Assembly (NCBI GenBank): GCA_016699205.1
Contig: CP064964.1
Span: 1 to 32,000, forward strand
Source: Candidatus Saccharimonadota bacterium
Lineage (GTDB): Bacteria; Patescibacteriota; Patescibacteriia; 2-12-FULL-60-25
Reading direction: 5' to 3'
DNA length: 32,000 bases
Shown: positions 9,031 to 15,320 of the stretch, piece after piece
Layout of the letters: every line of letters begins with the position of its first letter
Position numbering within the stretch: position 1 is the stretch's first letter
Program-made: the position numbers and the translations under genes
The notes under the pieces: model-generated
What the model saw: only the letters and a program-made list of their open reading frames with translations
Databases searched by the model: none
Told to the model about the DNA's origin: nothing

Positions 9031-9444
9031 ATGATCCAGAATCTCATTGCTTTGCCTGTAGCGCGCGACTGGCGCGAACTGCTTTCTGTTTGCAAGTTTG
9101 CAGAGGTCGATCCGTACTTGGAGGCTCTCTGTTTGCGCGTAGCTACGGCGGCGGCTGCGAGTCAGGTCGGCTCGTATCGTTCGCGGGGAGTCATGACGCT
9201 CGCGGAAGTCGTCATCGAGATTCGCGCGAGTGGTTGGAACGCGGGAGGTATCCTGGAGCTGTTGGCCGTATGTTCTGTCGATGAGAATCTCTCGGAAGTC
9301 ATCGCGCCTGATTCTGTGTTCGAACACGCCGAGTATGGTCCGCTGATTCCGTATGTGACCAAGCGTCGTGGCCAGCGCGTGCTGGTTCTCGAGCCGCTTA
9401 CGGCGCAGATCTCGGATTCGATCCAGGTCTTGGTCATTCAGTAG
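9031..9444 (+). CDS. hypothetical protein (137 aa), no family recognised
   Basis: AAGGAG at 9018-9023 is 7 nt before ATG 9031; ATG 9025 is too close to the SD. Followed by two strong terminators. GC is moderately elevated. Confidence 0.6.
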   Translation: MIQNLIALPVARDWRELLSVCKFAEVDPYLEALCLRVATAAAASQVGSYRSRGVMTLAEVVIEIRASGWNAGGILELLAVCSVDENLSEVIAPDSVFEHAEYGPLIPYVTKRRGQRVLVLEPLTAQISDSIQVLVIQ

Positions 9445-9450
9445 GTTCTG

Positions 9451-9492
9451 CGAGCCCTTCCTGTGAAAGCGGGGAGGGCTTCTTTGTTTTTT
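9451..9492 (+). terminator. rho-independent terminator (copy 2 of the repeated terminator element)
   Basis: GAGCCCTTCCTGT-GAAA-GCGGGGAGGGCTT followed by CTTTGTTTTTTT. Near-identical to 8102-8142. Confidence 0.75.
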
Positions 9493-9499
9493 TAATTAA

Positions 9500-9530
9500 C
9501 AAAAACACCCCCGATGTCGGGGGTGTTTTT
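9500..9530. terminator. bidirectional terminator hairpin
   Basis: AAAAACACCCCCG-ATGT-CGGGGGTGTTTTT: a perfect stem flanked by an A-run and a T-run. Confidence 0.7.
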
Positions 9531-9549
9531 GTTTGGTGGCTTGGCGCTT

Positions 9550-9662
9550 AGGAATTGACACTCCGTAAATTCAAGATAATATTCCCTGCTTTGTTCGTCA
9601 AGCCTTCTCATGCGCGCCGGCGAGGGGGATTCGAACCCCTTCGTCATGGAGTGTCAATTCCT
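9550..9662. repeat. 15-bp perfect inverted repeat AGGAATTGACACTCC (9550-9564) / GGAGTGTCAATTCCT (9648-9662)
   Basis: Read directly. The arms are exact reverse complements separated by 83 bp. Each arm contains TTGACA pointing into the enclosed segment. Confidence 0.95.
9555..9582 (+). promoter_or_regulatory. candidate promoter inside the left inverted-repeat arm
   Basis: TTGACA (9555-9560), 16-nt spacer, TAATAT (9577-9582). Confidence 0.4.
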
Positions 9663-9687
9663 GACGAGCACCTCGCCACCGGCACGC
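9611..9687 (-). ncRNA. tRNA-like structured element, non-canonical (not a clean cloverleaf; strand uncertain)
   Basis: The minus strand reads ...AGGGG-TTCGAAT-CCCCC..., a canonical T-loop. Acceptor-like pairing GCCGGTG/CGCCGGC. A 9-bp hairpin TCGTCAGGA-ATTGACAC-TCC(A)TGACGA stands in place of the anticodon arm. There is no D-arm and no encoded CCA. Confidence 0.35.
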
Positions 9688-9751
9688 TTTATACTCCGTT
9701 CACTTTTTTGAAGGATTTGTCAAGGGTGGATATCGCGAAAAGACAAGTTTC

Positions 9752-9761
9752 GGGGGGGGGG
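9752..9761. repeat. homopolymeric G10 tract
   Basis: Ten consecutive G, immediately upstream of TGATATAAT. Confidence 0.95.
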
Positions 9762-9770
9762 TGATATAAT
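9762..9770 (+). promoter_or_regulatory. extended -10 promoter element (TGaTATAAT) for the 9780 gene
   Basis: TG-A-TATAAT at 9762-9770. ATG at 9780 is only 9 nt downstream, with no SD, giving a leaderless or near-leaderless mRNA. Confidence 0.55.
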
Positions 9771-9779
9771 GCGGCGTAT

Positions 9780-10241
9780 ATGAATGAAACGTTTACGCAA
9801 AAGGTTATTGTAGCGCTGCTTATTATTTTAGTGGCGTTATCGGGTGTGAGCATGTATGTCATGAATGCGCAGCTTAGATCCATAACGCAATTACTCCAGA
9901 CATCCTCTAGTTCAAGTTTGCAGCAAGCCTGTGTTACATCTGGCGGAGAATTACAAAATGGTACTTGTGTTTGTGAGAGAGATTACGTTCTTGAGAACGG
10001 CATGTGTATGGGTCAGGATGGAATGACGCAAAAGGAGTTGAATGAAGTGAAGATTGGGCAGGAGAAGTTGATGAAACAAACGGCTTGTTTGGACTCGGGT
10101 GGAAGTTTTACAAACGGAAGTTGTGATTGTGGAGATGAGTATACTCTTGAGAATGGGGAGTGTGTTGGAGCTATTGGTGGGACGAAAAAAGAAATCGAAG
10201 AAAGTAAGGTTAATCAGGAACGTTTGTTAAATAGTCGTTAA
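9780..10241 (+). CDS. membrane-anchored protein with two tandem 52-aa Cys-rich repeats (153 aa)
   Basis: N-terminal TM segment VIVALLIILVALSGVSMYV and a Ser-rich linker. Repeats at aa 50-101 and 102-153 share AC-x2-SGG-x3-NG-[ST]-C-x-C-x2-[DE]Y-x-LENG-x-C-x-G...KE-x2-E-x-K-x2-QE. Confidence 0.8.
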   Translation: MNETFTQKVIVALLIILVALSGVSMYVMNAQLRSITQLLQTSSSSSLQQACVTSGGELQNGTCVCERDYVLENGMCMGQDGMTQKELNEVKIGQEKLMKQTACLDSGGSFTNGSCDCGDEYTLENGECVGAIGGTKKEIEESKVNQERLLNSR

Positions 10242-10281
10242 GTGGGAAACAGAGTTACCCACATAGGAACGTAAAACGAAC

Positions 10282-10311
10282 AAAAAATGCGCTGTAACAA
10301 GCGCATTTTTT
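10282..10311 (+). terminator. rho-independent terminator (bidirectional shape)
   Basis: AAAAAATGCGCT-GTAACA-AGCGCATTTTTT. Confidence 0.8.
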
Positions 10312-10326
10312 AGTTGTTCACTAACT

Positions 10327-10355
10327 TTGACCAATGTTGCTTTGTGGCATAGAAT
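10327..10355 (+). promoter_or_regulatory. mraZ (dcw cluster) promoter
   Basis: TTGACC (10327-10332), 17-nt spacer, TAGAAT (10350-10355). Confidence 0.55.
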
Positions 10356-10378
10356 GGATTGCAGTGGGATGAAGTGGA
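10344..10378 (+). promoter_or_regulatory. MraZ-box array: four TGG-containing pentamers at exact 10-bp spacing
   Basis: GTGGC 10344, ATGGA 10354, GTGGG 10364, GTGGA 10374. They overlap the -10 and the start of the transcript. Confidence 0.5.
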
Positions 10379-10406
10379 AAATTCTCTTCACCCGCAATCC
10401 GTTCCT

Positions 10407-10838
10407 ATGTTCATCGGTGAGTATCATCACACGCTTGATGAAAAAGGCCGGATGAGTGTTCCGGTCAAGTTTCGTGCATCCCTGGCGGAAGGTGCCGTGG
10501 TTACACGCGGACTTGATCGATCGTTGTTCCTTTATCCCAAGAGCGAGTGGCAAACACTTGCCGAAAAGCTGGCGTCCTTGCCGTTTGGCCAGGCTGACAC
10601 CCGCGCTTTTGCCCGCTTAATGCTGGCTGGCGCGATGGAAGTCGAGGTCGACAAATCCGGACGCGTGCTTCTTCCGGAATACCTGCGTGAATACGCCGCC
10701 CTCGACAAGTCTGTCGTGGTCGCGGGTCTGTATAACCGTTTGGAAATTTGGGATGAGGCTACGTGGAAGGAGTACTCGGCTAAAACCGAGTCCGAGGGCA
10801 ATGCTATCGCCGAACGTCTTCAAAACCTCGGCGTATGA
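10407..10838 (+). CDS. mraZ: transcriptional regulator MraZ
   Basis: MFIGEYHHTLDEKGRMSVPVKFR... and a second SpoVT/AbrB-like half, VEVDKSGRVLLPEYLR. ATG 10407 is preferred over the ORF-track start at 10359. Confidence 0.9.
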   Translation: MFIGEYHHTLDEKGRMSVPVKFRASLAEGAVVTRGLDRSLFLYPKSEWQTLAEKLASLPFGQADTRAFARLMLAGAMEVEVDKSGRVLLPEYLREYAALDKSVVVAGLYNRLEIWDEATWKEYSAKTESEGNAIAERLQNLGV

Positions 10839-11728
10839 ACCAGACTGTCCACATTCCCGTGATGCTCGAGGAAACCATGCTTGGTCTCGAGGTACGGCCG
10901 GGCGGTATCTGGGTCGATGGTACGCTCGGCGGCGGTTCGCATACGCGGGCCCTGCTCGAACGCTCTGCTCCAGATGGCATCGTGTATTCATTCGACGTCG
11001 ATCCCAAGGCGCTGGAACGCGCCAAGGAATCGCTCAAGTCGTTTGGAGATCGATTCCAGCCGGTGGAAGCCAACTTTCGTCATCTCGACGATCGATTGGC
11101 GGAGCGCGGCGTCATGAGTGTTGATGGAATCCTGCTTGATCTCGGCGTCTCCTCCGACGAGATCGCAGATCCTTCCAAAGGACTTTCGTTCATGACAGAA
11201 GGTCCGCTCGATATGCGACTCGGTCCCAAGGCGAATGAAGACGGTCTCACGGCCGCCGACATCGTCAACACATGGAAGCCTAACGAGATCGAACAGCTGA
11301 TCAGAGAATTTGGAGAGGAGAAGTTTGCCAAGCGTATCGTCGACGCGATTGTGTCAGCGCGAAAATCGCATCGCATCACGCGCACGACGGAGCTGGCGGG
11401 AATCATCAAGCAGGCGGTACCGGCAGGGTATGAGCGCGGTCGGATTCATCCGGCTACGCGAACATTCCAAGCCTTACGCATCGCCGTGAATGATGAGATC
11501 GAGGCGCTTAAAGAAGCGATCGATGGAAGTCATCGGATACTCGCGGCAGGCGGAAGTCTCGCGATCATCTCCTTTCACTCGTTGGAAGACCGCATCGTTA
11601 AAACGGCTTTCAAGGACAAGGAACGCTGGGAACCGCTCACGAAGAGACCGCAGGAAGCAACAGAGGCAGAGATTAGTAAGAATCCAAGATCGCGCAGTGC
11701 AAAAGTTCGTGTCGCAAAAAAGAAATAA
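10835..11728 (+). CDS. rsmH: 16S rRNA (cytosine1402-N4)-methyltransferase RsmH
   Basis: HIPVMLEETMLGL...DGTLGGGSHTRALLE...DLGVSS...SFHSLEDRIVK. ATGA overlap with mraZ. Confidence 0.92.
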   Translation: MNQTVHIPVMLEETMLGLEVRPGGIWVDGTLGGGSHTRALLERSAPDGIVYSFDVDPKALERAKESLKSFGDRFQPVEANFRHLDDRLAERGVMSVDGILLDLGVSSDEIADPSKGLSFMTEGPLDMRLGPKANEDGLTAADIVNTWKPNEIEQLIREFGEEKFAKRIVDAIVSARKSHRITRTTELAGIIKQAVPAGYERGRIHPATRTFQALRIAVNDEIEALKEAIDGSHRILAAGGSLAIISFHSLEDRIVKTAFKDKERWEPLTKRPQEATEAEISKNPRSRSAKVRVAKKK

Positions 11729-11733
11729 AAAAC

Positions 11734-12099
11734 ATGGCCCGCTCAAACATCACCACGCTTAGACAACCGCATCTTGCGCTGGGTTTGTCATTGGCTCCTG
11801 GACGCAAACTTGAAAAAGCTGCTCGTAATGCTTGGGTTGGCGTTTTCCTCGTTTTGTCTTTTTTGACCATGGCTGTGCACGTGTATCAGATGAACAAGTC
11901 CGCAACGAAGGGTTATACGTTGCGTGAGCAGGAACAGCGTCTGGAGAAATTGAAAGCGACGGTTGCCCAGCTGGAAGATAATGCCGCAAAGAATCAGGCT
12001 TTGCGTACGATTGAGGAACGTGTGAAAGGATTGGGCTATGTCCCGGTCGATCGCATGGAATTTCTTGACGTGTCGCGAGGTTCTTACGCCGTGCGTTAG
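11734..12099 (+). CDS. FtsL-like cell division protein (single TM + coiled coil)
   Basis: Sits directly after rsmH. TM segment WVGVFLVLSFLTMAV followed by a heptad-rich segment REQEQRLEKLKATVAQLEDNAAKNQ. Confidence 0.6.
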   Translation: MARSNITTLRQPHLALGLSLAPGRKLEKAARNAWVGVFLVLSFLTMAVHVYQMNKSATKGYTLREQEQRLEKLKATVAQLEDNAAKNQALRTIEERVKGLGYVPVDRMEFLDVSRGSYAVR

Positions 12100-12178
12100 C
12101 GCCTCGAGCCGCGATTCCAAAAATCATTTGGAAGCGCAGCCCGGTGCGGTTCGCTTGTCCCCGTTGCCGGCTAAAAGT

Positions 12179-12215
12179 GATCCTCCCCACTCGCGTGCAG
12201 GGAGGATCTCTTGTT
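12179..12215 (+). terminator. terminator/attenuator-like hairpin after the ftsL-like gene
   Basis: GATCCTCCC-12 nt loop-GGGAGGATC (12179-12208) followed by TCTTGTTTG. Confidence 0.4.
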
Positions 12216-12230
12216 TGCTATACTTTTCCC

Positions 12231-12611
12231 ATGTCGATGCCCGTGGTTGGCTTGATCCGCTTGTTCCTGTCCGAAACGCTCGGAAGCCTGATTCGTTTTC
12301 CATTTTGGTGGTATACGGAGGGTTTGATGGAAGCAGCGCGCTGGTGTGCTCGAGGCCTTCACTATCGATGGGAAAGCGCGGGGCTGGTTGTCTGGATGCG
12401 TAACTTTTTTGTTCCGATGTATGGCCAGCATGATTTGGCTGGGCGATTGGTGAGCGTGGTGATGCGTTTTGTGGTGCTGATCGGCAGGTTAATTGGCTTG
12501 CTGGTCGAGGCGATCGGATATGGTCTTCTTTTATTTGTTTGGGTTTTGCTGCCGGCCGTGTCCTTGATCCTGCTTATTGATGCTTTGTTCCGTAATGTGA
12601 TTGGTAGCTGA
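12231..12611 (+). CDS. hypothetical small membrane protein (126 aa)
   Basis: ATG 12231. Hydrophobic C-terminal half LVVLIGRLIGLLVEAIGYGLLLFVWVLLPAVSLILLI. Its stop is 1 nt before the start of the Clp-like gene. Confidence 0.55.
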   Translation: MSMPVVGLIRLFLSETLGSLIRFPFWWYTEGLMEAARWCARGLHYRWESAGLVVWMRNFFVPMYGQHDLAGRLVSVVMRFVVLIGRLIGLLVEAIGYGLLLFVWVLLPAVSLILLIDALFRNVIGS

Positions 12612-12612
12612 T

Positions 12613-15315
12613 ATGGAACAATATACTCCGAGTCTTTGTCCGGTTTGCGGCGGCGATGCGCGTGCATCGGTTGGCTGCAAAGCTTGTCGTGGAGCTGGCG
12701 TGAGTTTATCGACGGAACGCGGGCAGTTGGTTTGGCTTGAAAAAGTCGATAGCGGAACTTTTGCCGTGCGAACGGCGCGACGGACTGCGCATGGAATTTT
12801 GCATGCGATTATCGGCATCGCGATTTTGGCTTGTTTTGTTTGGTTTGGAATCGGTATTTGGCAGGCTGGTGATGTGATGGCGCTGACTACGGTTGAATTT
12901 TGGTTTGGAGGCAGCTTGGCGCCGATCGGATTGTGGCTTGGATTGTTTTTGCTTTCATTTTTGGTTTTTCGTCTGCGCGTTTATAACGATACGGCCCGCA
13001 TTCTTCCGAATTGGGGAAAGCCAACTCACGCGACACGCGACACGCGACATGCTTCATTGGGCGACGCGAGAAGCGTGTCGCATGAGGCGAGAGAAGTTTC
13101 TCCGTATTTCACGGAAGCGGCATGGGAGCTTTTGCAGAGAGCGTATGATTTGTCGCAGAAGATTGGAAAGTCGGAGATTCGTGCCGTGCATCTTTTCGCG
13201 GCAGCTCTCGGAACAACGGCCGGCGGTATTTTTCTTACAAGACTTGGACTTGATTTTGATAAAATTCGCGATGGACTGGCGCAGCTTGTAAATGAAGGGC
13301 CGACTGGTGCGCCGCCTGCGTTGACCTTGGAAGCCAAGAGTGTGTTGTTAGAAGCGGCGGCTGATGCAGAGGCTTCTGGTAGAAAACATGTTGGTACGAT
13401 CGAGATTTTTTTGCGAGCCTTTGAAATCGACGCAAGAATTCAGAATGTGCTGGATGCAGCCGGTTATCCGCCGCGCCATGTACGTCATGTCGCGGAGTGG
13501 ATTGGTACGCAGGAGTCGCTTAAGGAAGAACATGATCGATTTGTAATGTTGGCCTCACTGAAGCCGGCTGGCGTGATGAATCGTGCAATGACAGCTCAGC
13601 AGACGCCTTATTTGGATCGATTTAGCGAGGATCTGACGCAACTGGCACGCCAAGGTTATGTTGCGCCTTTGGTTGGGCGTGAGCGCGAGATGCAGGAGTT
13701 GCTGCGTGGAATCGAGAGCGGTCGACGTTCGGTGGCTTTGGTTGGAGAAGCGGGGAGCGGTAAAGGTGCTTTGATCGATGGTTTGGCAAGAAGAATGGTG
13801 GAGGAGGATGTGCCGCCGGAATTATTTGATCGACGTCTGGTATCGATCCATGTGTCGCAGGTTTTGGCGGCAGGTGATCCATCTTTGGCTCCGCAGCGAT
13901 TGCTATCGATGTTGAATGAGGTCGCGATTTCCGGAAATATTATTTTGGTCATGCATGGCATCGAGGCTTTGGTTGGAGCGGGGAGCGGAAATATGGATTT
14001 AGCGGAAACGCTCGCATCGGAAATTGATAAGGGCTATTGCTTGGTGATCGCGACAACGACTCCGCAAGCTTGGACATCGTATTTGGAGCGTCGATCGTTG
14101 GGGCAGAAGCTGATCAAGGTAGAGGTGCCGGAGCTGGATCAGGATAATGCGATACGCGTGTTGATGGCGAAAGGCGGTTATGTGGAATATCAGAATAAGG
14201 TTTTCTTTACGTATGCGGCATTGGAGAAAGCCGTTTCTCTTGCCGGAAGATATTTGCGCGAGGTGAAGCTGCCTGAGTCAGCGTTGAATGTTTTGACCGA
14301 GTCGGCAGTGCTTGCAAGACGTGAGCGTGGTGAAGGAGCGATGGTTTCTGCGGAAGATGTGGCGCGGGTTATTCAGGATAAGGCGCATGTGCCGGTTGAG
14401 GCGGTGACGCGTGATGAAGGGGATAAGCTGCTTCAGCTTGAGGAACATTTACATACGCGCGTTGTCGGCCAAGAAGAGGCGGTGAAAGCTGTTTCACAGG
14501 CGATGCGTCGTGCGCGTGCGGATATGCGCTCCGGAAATCGTCCGATCGCGAACTTTTTGTTTCTTGGACCGACGGGTGTTGGAAAGACGGAACTCGCCAA
14601 AGCTTTGGCTGGTGAATATTTTGGTAGCGAGTCGATGATGATTCGACTGGACATGTCCGAGTATCAGACGCCTTCATCGATTGCGAGAATTATTGGCGAG
14701 CCGGGGGATAATCGGGGAGGATTGTTGACGGAAGCAGTGAGAAAGCAGCCGTTTTCTATTGTGTTGCTGGATGAATTGGAAAAAGCGCATCCGGATATCC
14801 TGACATTGTTTTTGCAGGTAATGGATGATGGGCGTTTGACGGATGGTGTTGGTCGTACGGTTGATTTTACGAATGTCGTCTTGATCGCTACTTCAAATGC
14901 TGGAACGGAATTCATTCAGACGGAGGTGCAGAACAAGACGCCAATCGAACGTATTAAGACGGCGCTTCTTGAGCGCGAGTTGAAAGGTATTTTTCGTCCA
15001 GAGTTTCTTAACCGTTTTGATGACGTGATTGTCTTTAAGCCGTTGACACTGGATGATGTAACGCAGATCGCTTGGCTGTTGTTGAATGGCGTGGGCAAGC
15101 GTTTGCAAGAAAAGGGTATTAACTTCCGTGCGGAAGATGGGGCTGTTGAAGAGCTTGCAAGAACAGGATTTGATCCGATTTTTGGAGCCAGACCATTGCG
15201 TCGTGTGATTCAAGAACGTGTAGAAAATCAATTGGCAGATTTACTTCTTCGCAATGCCGTGAAGCGCACGCAGACCGTTGTATTGAAAGCGGATGGGAGT
15301 TTGGGGGTTGAATAA
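12613..15315 (+). CDS. membrane-anchored Clp/Hsp100-family AAA+ ATPase with N-terminal zinc ribbon, Clp_N repeats, degenerate D1 and intact D2 (900 aa)
   Basis: CPVCGG...CKACRGAG, then two TM segments, then Clp_N-like repeats. D1 reads GEAGSGKGA with ILVMHGIE in the Walker B position. D2 reads GPTGVGKTELAKALA, VLLDELEKAHPD, GARPLRR. Confidence 0.85.
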   Translation: MEQYTPSLCPVCGGDARASVGCKACRGAGVSLSTERGQLVWLEKVDSGTFAVRTARRTAHGILHAIIGIAILACFVWFGIGIWQAGDVMALTTVEFWFGGSLAPIGLWLGLFLLSFLVFRLRVYNDTARILPNWGKPTHATRDTRHASLGDARSVSHEAREVSPYFTEAAWELLQRAYDLSQKIGKSEIRAVHLFAAALGTTAGGIFLTRLGLDFDKIRDGLAQLVNEGPTGAPPALTLEAKSVLLEAAADAEASGRKHVGTIEIFLRAFEIDARIQNVLDAAGYPPRHVRHVAEWIGTQESLKEEHDRFVMLASLKPAGVMNRAMTAQQTPYLDRFSEDLTQLARQGYVAPLVGREREMQELLRGIESGRRSVALVGEAGSGKGALIDGLARRMVEEDVPPELFDRRLVSIHVSQVLAAGDPSLAPQRLLSMLNEVAISGNIILVMHGIEALVGAGSGNMDLAETLASEIDKGYCLVIATTTPQAWTSYLERRSLGQKLIKVEVPELDQDNAIRVLMAKGGYVEYQNKVFFTYAALEKAVSLAGRYLREVKLPESALNVLTESAVLARRERGEGAMVSAEDVARVIQDKAHVPVEAVTRDEGDKLLQLEEHLHTRVVGQEEAVKAVSQAMRRARADMRSGNRPIANFLFLGPTGVGKTELAKALAGEYFGSESMMIRLDMSEYQTPSSIARIIGEPGDNRGGLLTEAVRKQPFSIVLLDELEKAHPDILTLFLQVMDDGRLTDGVGRTVDFTNVVLIATSNAGTEFIQTEVQNKTPIERIKTALLERELKGIFRPEFLNRFDDVIVFKPLTLDDVTQIAWLLLNGVGKRLQEKGINFRAEDGAVEELARTGFDPIFGARPLRRVIQERVENQLADLLLRNAVKRTQTVVLKADGSLGVE
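13028..13048 (+). repeat. heptanucleotide tandem repeat (ACGCGAC)x3 inside the Clp-like CDS
   Basis: Three perfect tandem copies, read directly. The unit length is not a multiple of 3. Confidence 0.9.
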
Positions 15316-15320
15316 AACAA

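Noticed and set aside
9611-9687. Calling this a standard tRNA gene (for example tRNA-Val GAC)
   Set aside because: The T-arm is canonical and the loop TTGACAC looks like a Val anticodon loop. However, the 5-bp anticodon stem would have two mismatches, there is no D-arm or U8, and an extra base separates the T-stem and acceptor. It is kept only as a tRNA-like element pending a covariance-model search.
9555-9764. 69-aa plus-strand ORF (TTG start)
   Set aside because: It lies entirely over the structured tRNA-like and inverted-repeat region, has no SD or -10-proximal ATG, and its composition is unremarkable.
12144-12230. N-terminal extensions in the ORF track (12144, 12601, 10359, 17538, 28461, 23372, 24751, 853, 15919, 8878)
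   Set aside because: The extensions start at non-ATG codons or run through terminators, promoters or upstream gene ends. Internal ATGs match conserved protein N-termini and promoter or SD placement.
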